A stretch of DNA of 64,000 nt from the human T2T-CHM13v2.0 reference genome, Homo sapiens: the NCBI RefSeq assembly GCF_009914755.1, contig NC_060935.1. One strand, written 5' to 3'. Below the pieces are notes generated by a model that was not told the origin of the DNA, made no database searches, and saw nothing but the letters and a program-made list of their open reading frames with translations. Positions 41,152-52,907 of the stretch are shown here, in pieces. The translations under genes and the position numbers were made by a program. The number at the start of each line of letters is the position of its first letter. Position 1 is the first letter of the stretch.

Positions 41152-41367
41152 ACATCTTCATTTGATTGTACACCATCTCCCAGCAAGACACCAGTTGAAA
41201 ACCCCTTGAATATTATGTTGAACATTGTCAAAAACGAATTGCAGGAACCCTGTGACAGTCCCAAAGTTAAGGAAGAACGAATTGATACACCACCAGCTTG
41301 TACAGAGGAAAGCATAGCAACACCCTCTGAAATTAAAACAGAAAATGACACAGTCGAGTCAGTTTAA
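41152..41367 (+). CDS. PCF11: PCF11 exon 16 coding part with stop
   Basis: ttgtag|ACA TCT...GTT TAA; 216 nt. Confidence 0.95.
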   Translation, partial: TSSFDCTPSPSKTPVENPLNIMLNIVKNELQEPCDSPKVKEERIDTPPACTEESIATPSEIKTENDTVESV

Positions 41368-41505
41368 ATAAAATGAGAAAGGTATGTTTTTCTTTTTTAA
41401 AAAAGCTGCTGTTGGATCTAGAAGGTGAAGAATTTTTTTATGTATATATAGACATATCTATATAAATTGTCTGGCTGAGGCAGGGCCTTCAGCTATCATT
41501 TGGTT

Positions 41506-41661
41506 AATAAATACATTTTAGTATTTGCATTTCCTACTGCCTGCAGAGTTTCAGGTGCTTGTTGTGTGAAAGTTCTGTAGATGTGTGCAAATTTAACGAA
41601 ATGAAATTGTATGTGTAAAAATGTACGATTTTTCACTGTGCAACTGTAAATTATAAATAAA
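41506..41661 (+). terminator. Proximal 3'UTR poly(A) signals of PCF11
   Basis: AATAAA at 41506 and 41656, with several TGTA motifs between them. Confidence 0.6.
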
Positions 41662-42242
41662 AAATATTTTTGCTATTCATGGAGTGTAATATTTATGCAC
41701 ACCATCAAATAGTTTCTGTACTTTTTATTGGGTAAAAATGGAATTGAACAGCAACCTCAACATAAGATTTTTTTTCTAGTAGCCTCCCACTGATTAAAGA
41801 AGCAAGTTTGAGGTTTCATCCTTCAAAAGGGGGTTCCGAGAGAGCACCGTAGGGCTTTTCTCAAATAGAAAAGCCAGATTTTGAAAAAATTTTAAAGATA
41901 AAATAGGACATATTTTGCAGATATATATATATATATACACAAACACATCTCCAGGTATAGAGAACCATCCAGATGTTCACTTTTGAAAATATCTAATGAT
42001 GCAAAGTTTTATTCTTGAACTTGGACACTGATGCCATCAAACAATTAACAAATATATTTAAGTACTAAAGGTGATTTTTTTTTTAAAGACTTTTTCAAAT
42101 TGTCAAATGATTTAATGCAGATGAACATATTTCTATTTTAAGTAACGGGAATCTGTAAGAATGTTTGCTTGAGATATGGTTAACTTTTTTCTTTTGTTGG
42201 TTTTGACTTAGATGGACACCATGAGATGTTAATATTCATACA

Positions 42243-42330
42243 TGTAATAAATAGAATGATGAAGAAACTTTGTTTGTACTTCTTTATTTCTTGAAAAGCT
42301 TTAGAATGTGACTTTCTTGTTGTCTTTCAT
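42243..42330 (+). terminator. Distal (probably main) PCF11 poly(A) site
   Basis: TGTA overlapping AATAAA 42246-42251, then U/GU-rich tracts (tttgtttgt; tttcttgttgtcttt). Confidence 0.75.
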
Positions 42331-42860
42331 CTGTTTTTTGAAACATGAACATGGTACTTGCTATGAGCCAGGCACTCTGAGACAGGTTAGTCTTTTCTGC
42401 CATTTATTGGAGATAGGCATATAAAACACTGAGTTTTATTGAGCACATAGTATGTGGCAGGCACTAGCACTTTCTACATGTATTTTCTCTGGTATTCACA
42501 TCTAATAACTACATGGTAGATGGTGTCCCCACTTTACAGATGAAATTAAGCCACTCACTTTAAAATTTTTATAAGAATTTGAACGTGGCTTTGTTTCCTC
42601 TAATTCCATACAATTTCTGCAATTTTAAAAGATACCCCCAAATTGATTGTTAGGATAGAAATAAGCACACCAAACTACTGGAAGGTGGCTAAGGAAGATT
42701 CTACAAAAGTGGTGACATTTGAGTCTTGGAGGATAACCAGGAGTGGAGTCCATACTGATGGGAAGGGTATCTTTGGAAAATGAACAGCAAATGTAAAGGC
42801 TTAAAATACTTTTGTGTTTTCAAAAATTGACTTCTTATGGTTAAAACTCAGTAGTTTTGA

Positions 42861-43016
<156 letters not shown>

Positions 43017-43504
43017 TAAGTAGTGAAGAGCCTTCTTGGTCATGCTAAGGAATTTTTATTAAACTGATGACCAGAGCAGCCACTAGAAATTTTAAACAGG
43101 GTGACATCCTATCTGCATTTAAGCTTTTTTATTTTTTTAAGAATCAAGTGAATACAATTTTAGAGATTGCTAAATCCAGAGAGGTCCAGTGGGAAAACTG
43201 GTAGCCATTGGATTTGAGTTGTAAACACGTAACAGCTGAACTTACGTATATGAACACTGCCATAGGAACTGAGGTCTGTGAATCCAAAAATGTAGGCAAA
43301 ACTTCCTGTTGAACATTTTTCTGGGGAAACCACCATAGCTTTTATCAAATGCTTAAAGGTATGGAACATTCTAAAAGGAAGGTGATATTCAAACCTAAAA
43401 GTGTATCAACGGTATCCACATGGAGAAGAGGGTCAAGGATGGGGGAACAAAGACTGGTAGGTGGGAAGGTCAAAAAGAAAATGGGAAAACCAGCAATGGG
43501 AAAA

Positions 43505-43815
<311 letters not shown>

Positions 43816-44129
43816 CAGGAAGAAAATTTCAATGGACGAGGTAGTCAACAAAATGAAGTCAAGAAAATATGTAAGACTCAGAAATACTCTAACTGTTGAC
43901 CTAAGAACAGCTGAGTATGGGTGCCAACACCTGGTGCAATGGGTAGTGTGGATGAGAGGTAACAAAATATTAAAAGCTATTTTTTTAAATGAAGTTTAAC
44001 TCCAGAGATTGAATTGTAGTTAGACAAATAGGAGAGGCATTAGCATGTTAAGAGGAGCTCAGTGGAGAAATGGGTTGAAGATGGAGATGACCGGTATACC
44101 AGTCTCAAGGTTGTAACAAGATAGTATCA

Positions 44130-44369
<240 letters not shown>

Positions 44370-44514
44370 CTAGTATTTACAGTTGGGTTTGAGTTCAATT
44401 CTTATTTTCTCTTTGAGGTAGAAGGCCAGATGTAAGGCAGTGATCCAGATCTGCCCCATATTTGGCTGTGCATTAGAATTATAGTGAATTTAAAACAAAT
44501 TTTAATACTAAATT

Positions 44515-44630
44515 TAGAGATGGGGCCTTACCAGGTTGTCCAGGCTGGCCTCGAACTCCTGGGATCAAGCCAGTCTCCCACCTCAGCCTCCCAAGTAACT
44601 AGATTACAGGTGCACACCACTACACCTGGC
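44515..44630 (-). mobile_element. FLAM-like monomer
   Basis: Single monomer. Confidence 0.75.
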
Positions 44631-45815
44631 TTAGAATTAGTGAATATTAAGAGATTCCTAATCTCTGGAGAGTCTCATTTAGTTGATTCGCATTCAGGGG
44701 CACTTCTAGTATTCAAGCTCCATAGTTTTTTCTAATGAACAGCCAGATCTGGTAAATAATTCAGAAATCAACATCAACAGCATCCCCAAAGATAGAAAAA
44801 GAGTCAATACATAACACTGTTAGCTAGAAGTAGTAATCTAACACTGTAAAGTGCAGTAAGGAAAATTAAATGAAGCCTCAGAGATGATGGAACATTTTCT
44901 TTTAAATTGAATTGAAGTTTGAGAGAACAAGTAAAAGGAAAAGTATGTGTTTCCTAAAATCTAAAGATTTCATTAAGTTTATATCCTCCTGGTTTTAGTG
45001 TAATTTTCCCACTGAAAATGTCCAACTTTGATGCTTTGGAAAATAGAAAGCAATCTCATTGCAATTCAGCTAAAAATAAAAAGCTTTGGGAAGAAAAATA
45101 AGGAATTACATATAAAAAATTAAAACATTCTCATATAACAGCTTAGTATATACATATTTTTTATATGACTGACCTTACAATTTAGTACCAAGTAAGCAAC
45201 CTAATGGAGGTTTACACAAAATATTCAGGAAAATCTGAGGAGGCATCTAACCATGCTGCAGGTGGAAAAATGTAGCTGCCTAAATGGAGGTAGAAATGGA
45301 AAATAAAGACTATTATCAAGAAAGACCTGCACTCTTGTAGAATTGGGAAGTTTTTTCCTAATCCTAAATGGGGTCAGCTCCCAGAGATAATGGGCATTGT
45401 GTTGAGCAGGTGGGGAAGAGTAGCTAAATAAGAGCCAAAAGGTACCCAAGGAGTACCCCTGTGAAGATTTGGGAGTGAGCACCAAAAGAAGAACAAGAAT
45501 GACTGGGAAATAACAGAAAATGGCACATAGGCAGAAAGGAGTACAGACTGTCACCAATATCCACTTCGTTTTTTGTTTTTGCCTGGGGTTGGCCCTGCTC
45601 CCTTCTCTGAAACAAGATATAAAAAGCTGATTTATGATATCCTGCTTTATCACCCCACTTTAGAAAAACTGAGGTAGAAGTGGAGGACTAGTCATATTTA
45701 CTAACTGGAATCATACCTTCCTTCCTACTCACAAAAGGTTCCAGTTCTCTAGAATACTGAGATGACCACTCCAGGATGTATTCTGAACCCTGTTTCACTT
45801 AAGAAACTTCTTCCA

Positions 45816-46102
45816 GGCTGGGCGCGGTGGCTCACGCTTGTAATCCCAGCACTTTGGGAAGACGAGGCGGGCGGATCACAAGGTCAGGAGATCGAGACCA
45901 CGGTGAAACCCCGTCTCTACTAAAAATAAAAAAATTAGCTGGACGTGGTGGTGGGCGCCCGTAGTCCCAGCTACTCGGAGAGGCTGAGGCAGGAGAATGG
46001 AGTGAACCCAGGAGGCAGCTTGCAGTAAGCCAAGATTGCGCCACTGCACTCCAGCCTGGGTGACACAGCGAGACTCTGTCTCAAAAAAAAAAGAAAAAAA
46101 AA
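45816..46102 (+). mobile_element. AluY with 12-nt left-arm deletion (AluYd-like)
   Basis: GAGATCGAGACCA^CGGTGAAACC lacks TCCTGGCTAACA. Confidence 0.85.
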
Positions 46103-46259
46103 TTTCTTCCATAGTCAGGCACTTACCTTGAAATCCCATGCAGTCTGGATATTGCATCTTAGCTTTTTTATTAAAATTACTCTTATTATCAATGACTTCT
46201 TGCTAAAACCAGTGTGCTTTTCTTAGCTTCTTAATCTCTTCTGGACCACACTCACTTTA

Positions 46260-46403
46260 TTGTTTTTGAGACAGAGTCTCGCTGTGTTGCCCAGGCTGGA
46301 GTGCAGTGGCGTGATCTCAGCCACTCAGATTTTGGATAAGGATTTCAGATTTTGGATAAGGACTGAAAATCTCAGATTTTGGATAAGGGGTGCTCAACGT
46401 GTA
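46260..46403. mobile_element. Alu fragment fused to a Tigger/MER46-like terminus with a triplicated motif
   Basis: tcagattttggataagg x3 ending ...ggtgctcaacgtgTA. Confidence 0.55.
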
Positions 46404-46468
46404 TAATGTTATACAAAATAATTTCTTTCTGATTTTCACAGTCTCCTTTGTAAGATGTCCCTTTGCCC

Positions 46469-47417
<949 letters not shown>

Positions 47418-47559
47418 TAATCCTTCCTGTCATGTGTGTATCCTTTAAGGATTTGTCACGTGCTGTCTCATTTCCTCAGTAAATTTATCTACTACATATT
47501 GTATAGTGAAAAAAATAAAACCTTTACCATTATTATGTAAGTGGCTATAAACACTATAT

Positions 47560-48065
<506 letters not shown>

Positions 48066-48514
48066 TGACTCAGTTGCCCCATCTCTAAAAGTGAGGGGAT
48101 TAGGATGACTAATCCCAAATTCACTTCCAACAGTGAAAAACTTTATCTTCAGCCTATTAGTTCACCTGCCTGACAGTTAACTCATCAACCCACCCACACA
48201 ACAGTTACTAAGCCCTTCTCTTAAATGAAATATTCTAGACATCAGAAATGCCAAGATTTTAAGATACAGTCCCTACCTTCCAGAAGCTCAGGGTCCTTTA
48301 GGGGTGAGGAAAAATTGTTAAACAGATAATTATAATACAATGGGATAAGTGATCTAATAAAAGGTTGTGGGAATTCAGAGACTTTGAGGAGCTCCTGCAG
48401 AAAAATTCAAGACCTATTTTGGAATCCTAAGTCAGGTATTTATTATTTACTAGTGAAGGGGGAATTAATGAATTTTATAAGTATATTAGTCAAGAAGTTT
48501 ATTCTTTTCCTTAG

Positions 48515-48964
48515 AGGTAGAATGAAATATAGCCCCCCACCCTCCGGAGGCCTGGGTTAAGAGAGAATATTAACCGCTTATTTCTCCTCTACGCACGGAG
48601 AGGCTTATCTGTGTTCCACCGTTTCACGTTCCTTGAGGCACCACGAGTTCCTGCTTCCCTCCCTAGCGCGCTGTAAAGTCACAAGGTTGATAAGCAATTG
48701 CTACAAAAGCATGCATTCCCAAGGATGTAAGACATGTGGTGTAACAAATGTAAAAGAATAATTAACTGCCTTTGTTCTTGCTTCTGCAAGTAGGCTTCCT
48801 GTAGCACCAAACTCCCGCCACAAATTGCTTAAAAGGTGATTGATCCCTTTGTTCCGGGCTCAGACTTTCTGGACCCCAGTCCGACTGAGCCAGTGATCAC
48901 CTTAATAATAAAGGGTTGTCCTGAATTCTGTTTGGCCTCTCCCGTCTCTATTTGTCCCGCAACA
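48515..48964 (+). mobile_element. Solo ERV1-class LTR (~450 bp; family not determined)
   Basis: aactgcctttgttcttgcttctg, TATA-like cttaaaag ~48828, AATAAA ~48907, terminal ...gcaaCA; 5' end approximate. Confidence 0.75.
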
Positions 48965-50243
48965 CTAGCAGTATATCCTCAGGCAATTAACTTTTTTTTC
49001 CCTTGTTTCTCTCTCTGTAAAAAGGAAGAGGAATACTTATTTTGGCAGGTTATAATAAGAATTGAGTCAAACTCATTTATGTTGGCATAAAAAAATGAAC
49101 AAGAAAATATAAAGCACTTAGTACAATGCCAGGCAGATCATAGGAACTCAGTAGATGGCAATTGTAATATTACAAAAGGTGATGGAAGTCAAAGACAATT
49201 TACTGTACCTCAAGAGAGTAGCGGTAGGATCAGAAGAATTTCCCAAATGTGTTCACAGACCAAAACTGGGGGAAAAGCAGGGTAGTTTCCTGGTAAGACG
49301 AACAGCACATGACAAGGCAGAGATATTAAAAAGTAAGGTACGCTTCCAGGACGAGTTCATTATTCCTGAAGGGAGAAGGCAATAAGGGTGGAAAAACTGG
49401 GCCGAGAGGGGAATCCAGGTTGGTGATGCCCCTGGAGGGCAGGTAATTCTTACTAATTTCTGTATTTTCTGCTGCTGGCACAAAACGTGACCCATACGTT
49501 TGCAACAAATGGTGAAATAATTCATTCCTGTTGTTAAGCAATAGGGTTGTAGAAATATTTGAGCAGTAAACATGCTACAGTGAAAGGATTCTCGGATTTG
49601 GAGTCAGGAGACCTGAAGCACTCTTTTGACTAATGACCTGTGTTTTTTTACTGGTTTTACAACTTACCTGCTGCCTGGCCTTACCAAAGTACTGATATAT
49701 TGAGTCTCTTGACCCATAAAACAGGGGTAACAACTAACAAGCGATTATTAAAGAGTTGGCGCTAGTAAAGTACGCAATAAAAACAGCGGCTGCAGCTGCT
49801 AAATTCTCCTTTAGGTCTTTTTCCATACTTGCGAAATGACAGGGCAACAAATTTCCTTCCAACCACCACTGAGAAAGTATACCACGTTTGCCCAAGGACA
49901 AAAAGGCCCCGCCCGGCCCGCGCCACACAGGTCACCTACGCAGAATGCAGTCCTGGGGGGTTCCACTTGTGTCGCTCAGCGATGGAGGGCGCGATCGATG
50001 ACAGGCCACTCCAGAGACGGACCTAGATAGGTTCGCATGAGGCCGAGCCGAATTTCACCAAAAACCAGTTTACACCACCTCCCGATTTGTCCACACGAAA
50101 AGCCATGGAATAGCTGAGGGAAAGGAAACCGGAAGTAGCGTGGGCCGTGAGGAACGGGAAATGACCTCAGCACGTCGGAAGTGTACTCGTTTCCAAGGCG
50201 ACGGCCCTGCTGCCTCTCCAGCCAAGTGGCTGGAGTCGGGAGG

Positions 50244-51143
50244 CTGGAAAGAGACTCCGAGAAAGTACCAGCGGAAGGCGGCCGCCGCTACGGCGATTCG
50301 CAGGGAGTAGCAGACGAAGACGGTGGCCGCCGCACTAGCCACCACGTGTGGAGGATAAACGGTCTACACGGCCATTCCGGCGCCGAGTCTAGGGAAAGAG
50401 TTAGCGACGACGGGGAAAGAAAATGTGAAGAGAGCGACCGCCGCTCCAGGGTCGCTGCAGGAAGCCTAAGTGCAGACGCCGGCTTCTCCCGCAGTGACTT
50501 GAGAAGGGTCAGTGAAAACCTCGGCCACTGCCGCAGCGTCTCTAGGGAGAGAGTTAGGGGAGATAGTGGCCACAGTCACAGCTGCTCTTGGGAGAGAGTT
50601 AGGGGAGACAGCACCTTCTGCAGCAGCGACGTGAATTTTAGTGAAGTTGGAGGCCACCAAACTACCGACTCCAGGGGAACAGCCAGAGAAGACCGAGGCC
50701 TCCGCCTCAGTGGTCCTTGGGAGGGAGTCAGTGACATTCGGGACCCGCGAACTAGTGACTTCGGGGATAGAGTCAGTGACGATCGCAGTCGCCGCTTCAG
50801 TGGCTCCTGGGAGGGAGGGAGTGTCGAAGGCGGCCACAGCGTTGGTAGTTCTTGGGAGGAAGTAAGTGGAGACCGCGGCTACGCAGCCAGCGACTCCTCT
50901 GGTGTGAGCGGCAGTGAAGACGCCAGCTACCGCTTCAGTGGCTTTTGGGAGAGAGAAAGTGAAGACGAAGGTTTCCGCTGCAGCTTCTGGGAGAGAGCAA
51001 GAGAGGACCTTGGGCCCCGTCCTAGTGACGACGGAGAAGAGGGCCGCTGCCGCTGCAGTGGCTCGTGGGTGAGAGCAAGTGAAGACCGCCGCAGCATCAG
51101 GGGCCTGGACTCAACTCCTCCCCAGAGTCGGAGGTGTTGCGCC
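50244..51143 (+). CDS. Putative CUG-initiated 300-aa N-terminal extension of ANKRD42
   Basis: Stop-free and in frame with ATG 51144; aggCTGg context; frame-preserving internal repeats. Translation is inferred, not shown. Confidence 0.5.
50385..51095 (+). repeat. Degenerate ~45-nt tandem repeat (core TGG GAG AGA GTC AGT GAC/GAA)
   Basis: Cores at 50391, 50544, 50589, 50718, 50808, 50853, 50946, 50988, 51066; 19-nt exact duplication at 50545/50590. Confidence 0.85.
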
Positions 51144-51201
51144 ATGCCCGGGGTGGCCAATTCAGGCCCCTCCACTTCCTCTAGGGAGACTGCAAACCCC
51201 T
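51144..51201 (+). CDS. ANKRD42: ANKRD42 coding exon 1 from the AUG start
   Basis: gccATGc; MPGVANSGPSTSSRETANP; donor CCT|gtgagt, phase 1. Confidence 0.88.
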
Positions 51202-52304
51202 GTGAGTCAGACTGTCATTGGCCTTCATCTCTGTCGTATTCCTTTTCTCACTTAAGCCCGCAACAGCCTTAGCCCTTTCTGGCATTTCCTTTTCTCAGCC
51301 GTCACTCCCCCCTTTCCCTTTTTAATTTATTTTCAGGGGATACCAAAGCTGTTCAGCTCTCCCCTGTTCTGTATTATTTCCGCTTTCTTTCCTTTTTTCC
51401 ATCCACACTATTCCTCCGAGTCTTCTTGCCCAGCTTGACATCAACTCTTGTTCAGTCTTAATGGACGGACCCTTTTAAGTTCTTCCTTGACTTCCCTGCA
51501 GCATTTGACCCTGTGGAGGTGACAAATTAGTACTTACTTAGTTTTCTTCTTTCACTCCATTGAGTGACCCTTTCCCTTACCGTTTTCTTTTCTTCTGCCA
51601 TCTTCTTAAATGCAGCTTTTACCCCTTGATGATGCCATCATTGGTTCTCTTTTTCTTGTCATTTACTGTGACTTCAGTCCTACTGGTGGCCCTCAAATCG
51701 GTTACTCATTCAACCATCCAGTAAATATTTACTGCATATGCCTACTTTGTGCTCCGTCTTAAGGAACTTAAGAAGACAGGCACATTCTTTACCTTCTAGT
51801 GAGGAAGATAAATGCTGAGCAAATAATGACAAGTGAGATCAGTGTTATAAAGGACGGTAGAATGCCACTGATTCCAGTAGGGGGTGAGTATGGGTGTCAG
51901 AAAAAGCATTCTAATACAGAGACACACGTAACACTGAGACCTGAATTCCGTATCTCTCCTCGGAGCTGCAAACATATATATAGATATCTCCCTTCTGGAA
52001 ATTTTCCTTGGGTACCTCAAGAGCAGCATGTCCAAAATGTAATTTTATATCTATATATCCTCTCTGTCCTTCAGTGTTTGCTGTCTCAACTAATGGCACC
52101 ACAGCACTCAGATGATAAAGCCACACACCTTGGAGTTATCTTATTACTTTTCCCTTGTTTCACCCACTGTATCCATTCCAGTTTAGTTCATTCTAATTTT
52201 ATTAATATTTGTTGAATCTTTCTCCTTTTCTTTTCCCAGTGTTCAGAGTCTCATTTTTTCTGGTCTAGACTATTGTAAACTGTATTCTTACATGATCTAC
52301 CTAC

Positions 52305-52614
52305 TCTCTCTCTCTCTCTTTTTTTTTTTTTTTTGGAGACGGAGTCTTGCTCTGTCCCCCATGCTGGAGTGCAGTGGCGCGGTCCTCAGCTCACTGCAAT
52401 CTCCGCCTTCCAGGTTCACACCATTCTTCTGCGTCAGCCTCCCGAGTAGCTAGGGCAACAGGGGCCCACCACCACACCCGGCTAATTTTTTGTATTTTTA
52501 GTAGAAACGGAGTTTCACTGTGTTAGCCATGATGGTCTCCTCCTGACCTCATGATCTGCCCACCTCGGCCTCCCAAAGTCCTGGGATTACAGGCGTGAGC
52601 CACCGCGCCCGGCC
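52305..52614 (-). mobile_element. AluY-like, ANKRD42 intron 1
   Basis: (CT)n/poly-T tail; TSD acctactct. Confidence 0.92.
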
Positions 52615-52852
52615 AATCAACCTACTCTTTAGTCTTGCCTTTTTGCTCCCCATTCAGTAAATTCTCTTCCCTGAATTTAGCCTTGTAAACTCAGCCTTAC
52701 AGCTCTCAATCATTATAATTCTTCTGTTTAAAATTCCTCAGTGATTCTCCACTGTCTGCTCAAGTCCAAGTTTTTAAAAATAAGTTTCACCATTGTCTGT
52801 TTCTTGTCTAGTTCTAGCCTATTTATCCCCTTAATACTTTAGTAGTAGGATT

Positions 52853-52868
52853 TGTGTGTGAGTGTGTG

Positions 52869-52906
<38 letters not shown>
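52853..52906. repeat. (TG)n microsatellite
   Basis: About 17 pure TG units plus interrupted units. Confidence 0.95.

Positions 52907-52907
<1 letters not shown>

Larger units (their letters stand above)
49850..51200. promoter_or_regulatory. CpG-island promoter and first exon of ANKRD42, probably bidirectional
   Basis: CpG-rich; ETS motifs CCGGAAGT 50129 and TCGGAAGTG 50175; X-box-like GTTTCCAAGGCGAC 50189-50202. Confidence 0.85.

Noticed and set aside
45225-45653. 142-aa minus-strand intergenic ORF
   Set aside because: No recognisable domain, biased composition, no convincing exon boundaries.
50385-51095. CRISPR-like repeat/spacer reading of the ANKRD42 or FEGP repeats
   Set aside because: Eukaryotic context, degenerate codon-phased units, no invariant repeat and no cas genes.
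50466-51175. Minus-strand ORFs (123 aa, 82 aa) in the ANKRD42 island
   Set aside because: Antisense shadows of the GC-rich plus-strand repeat frame.
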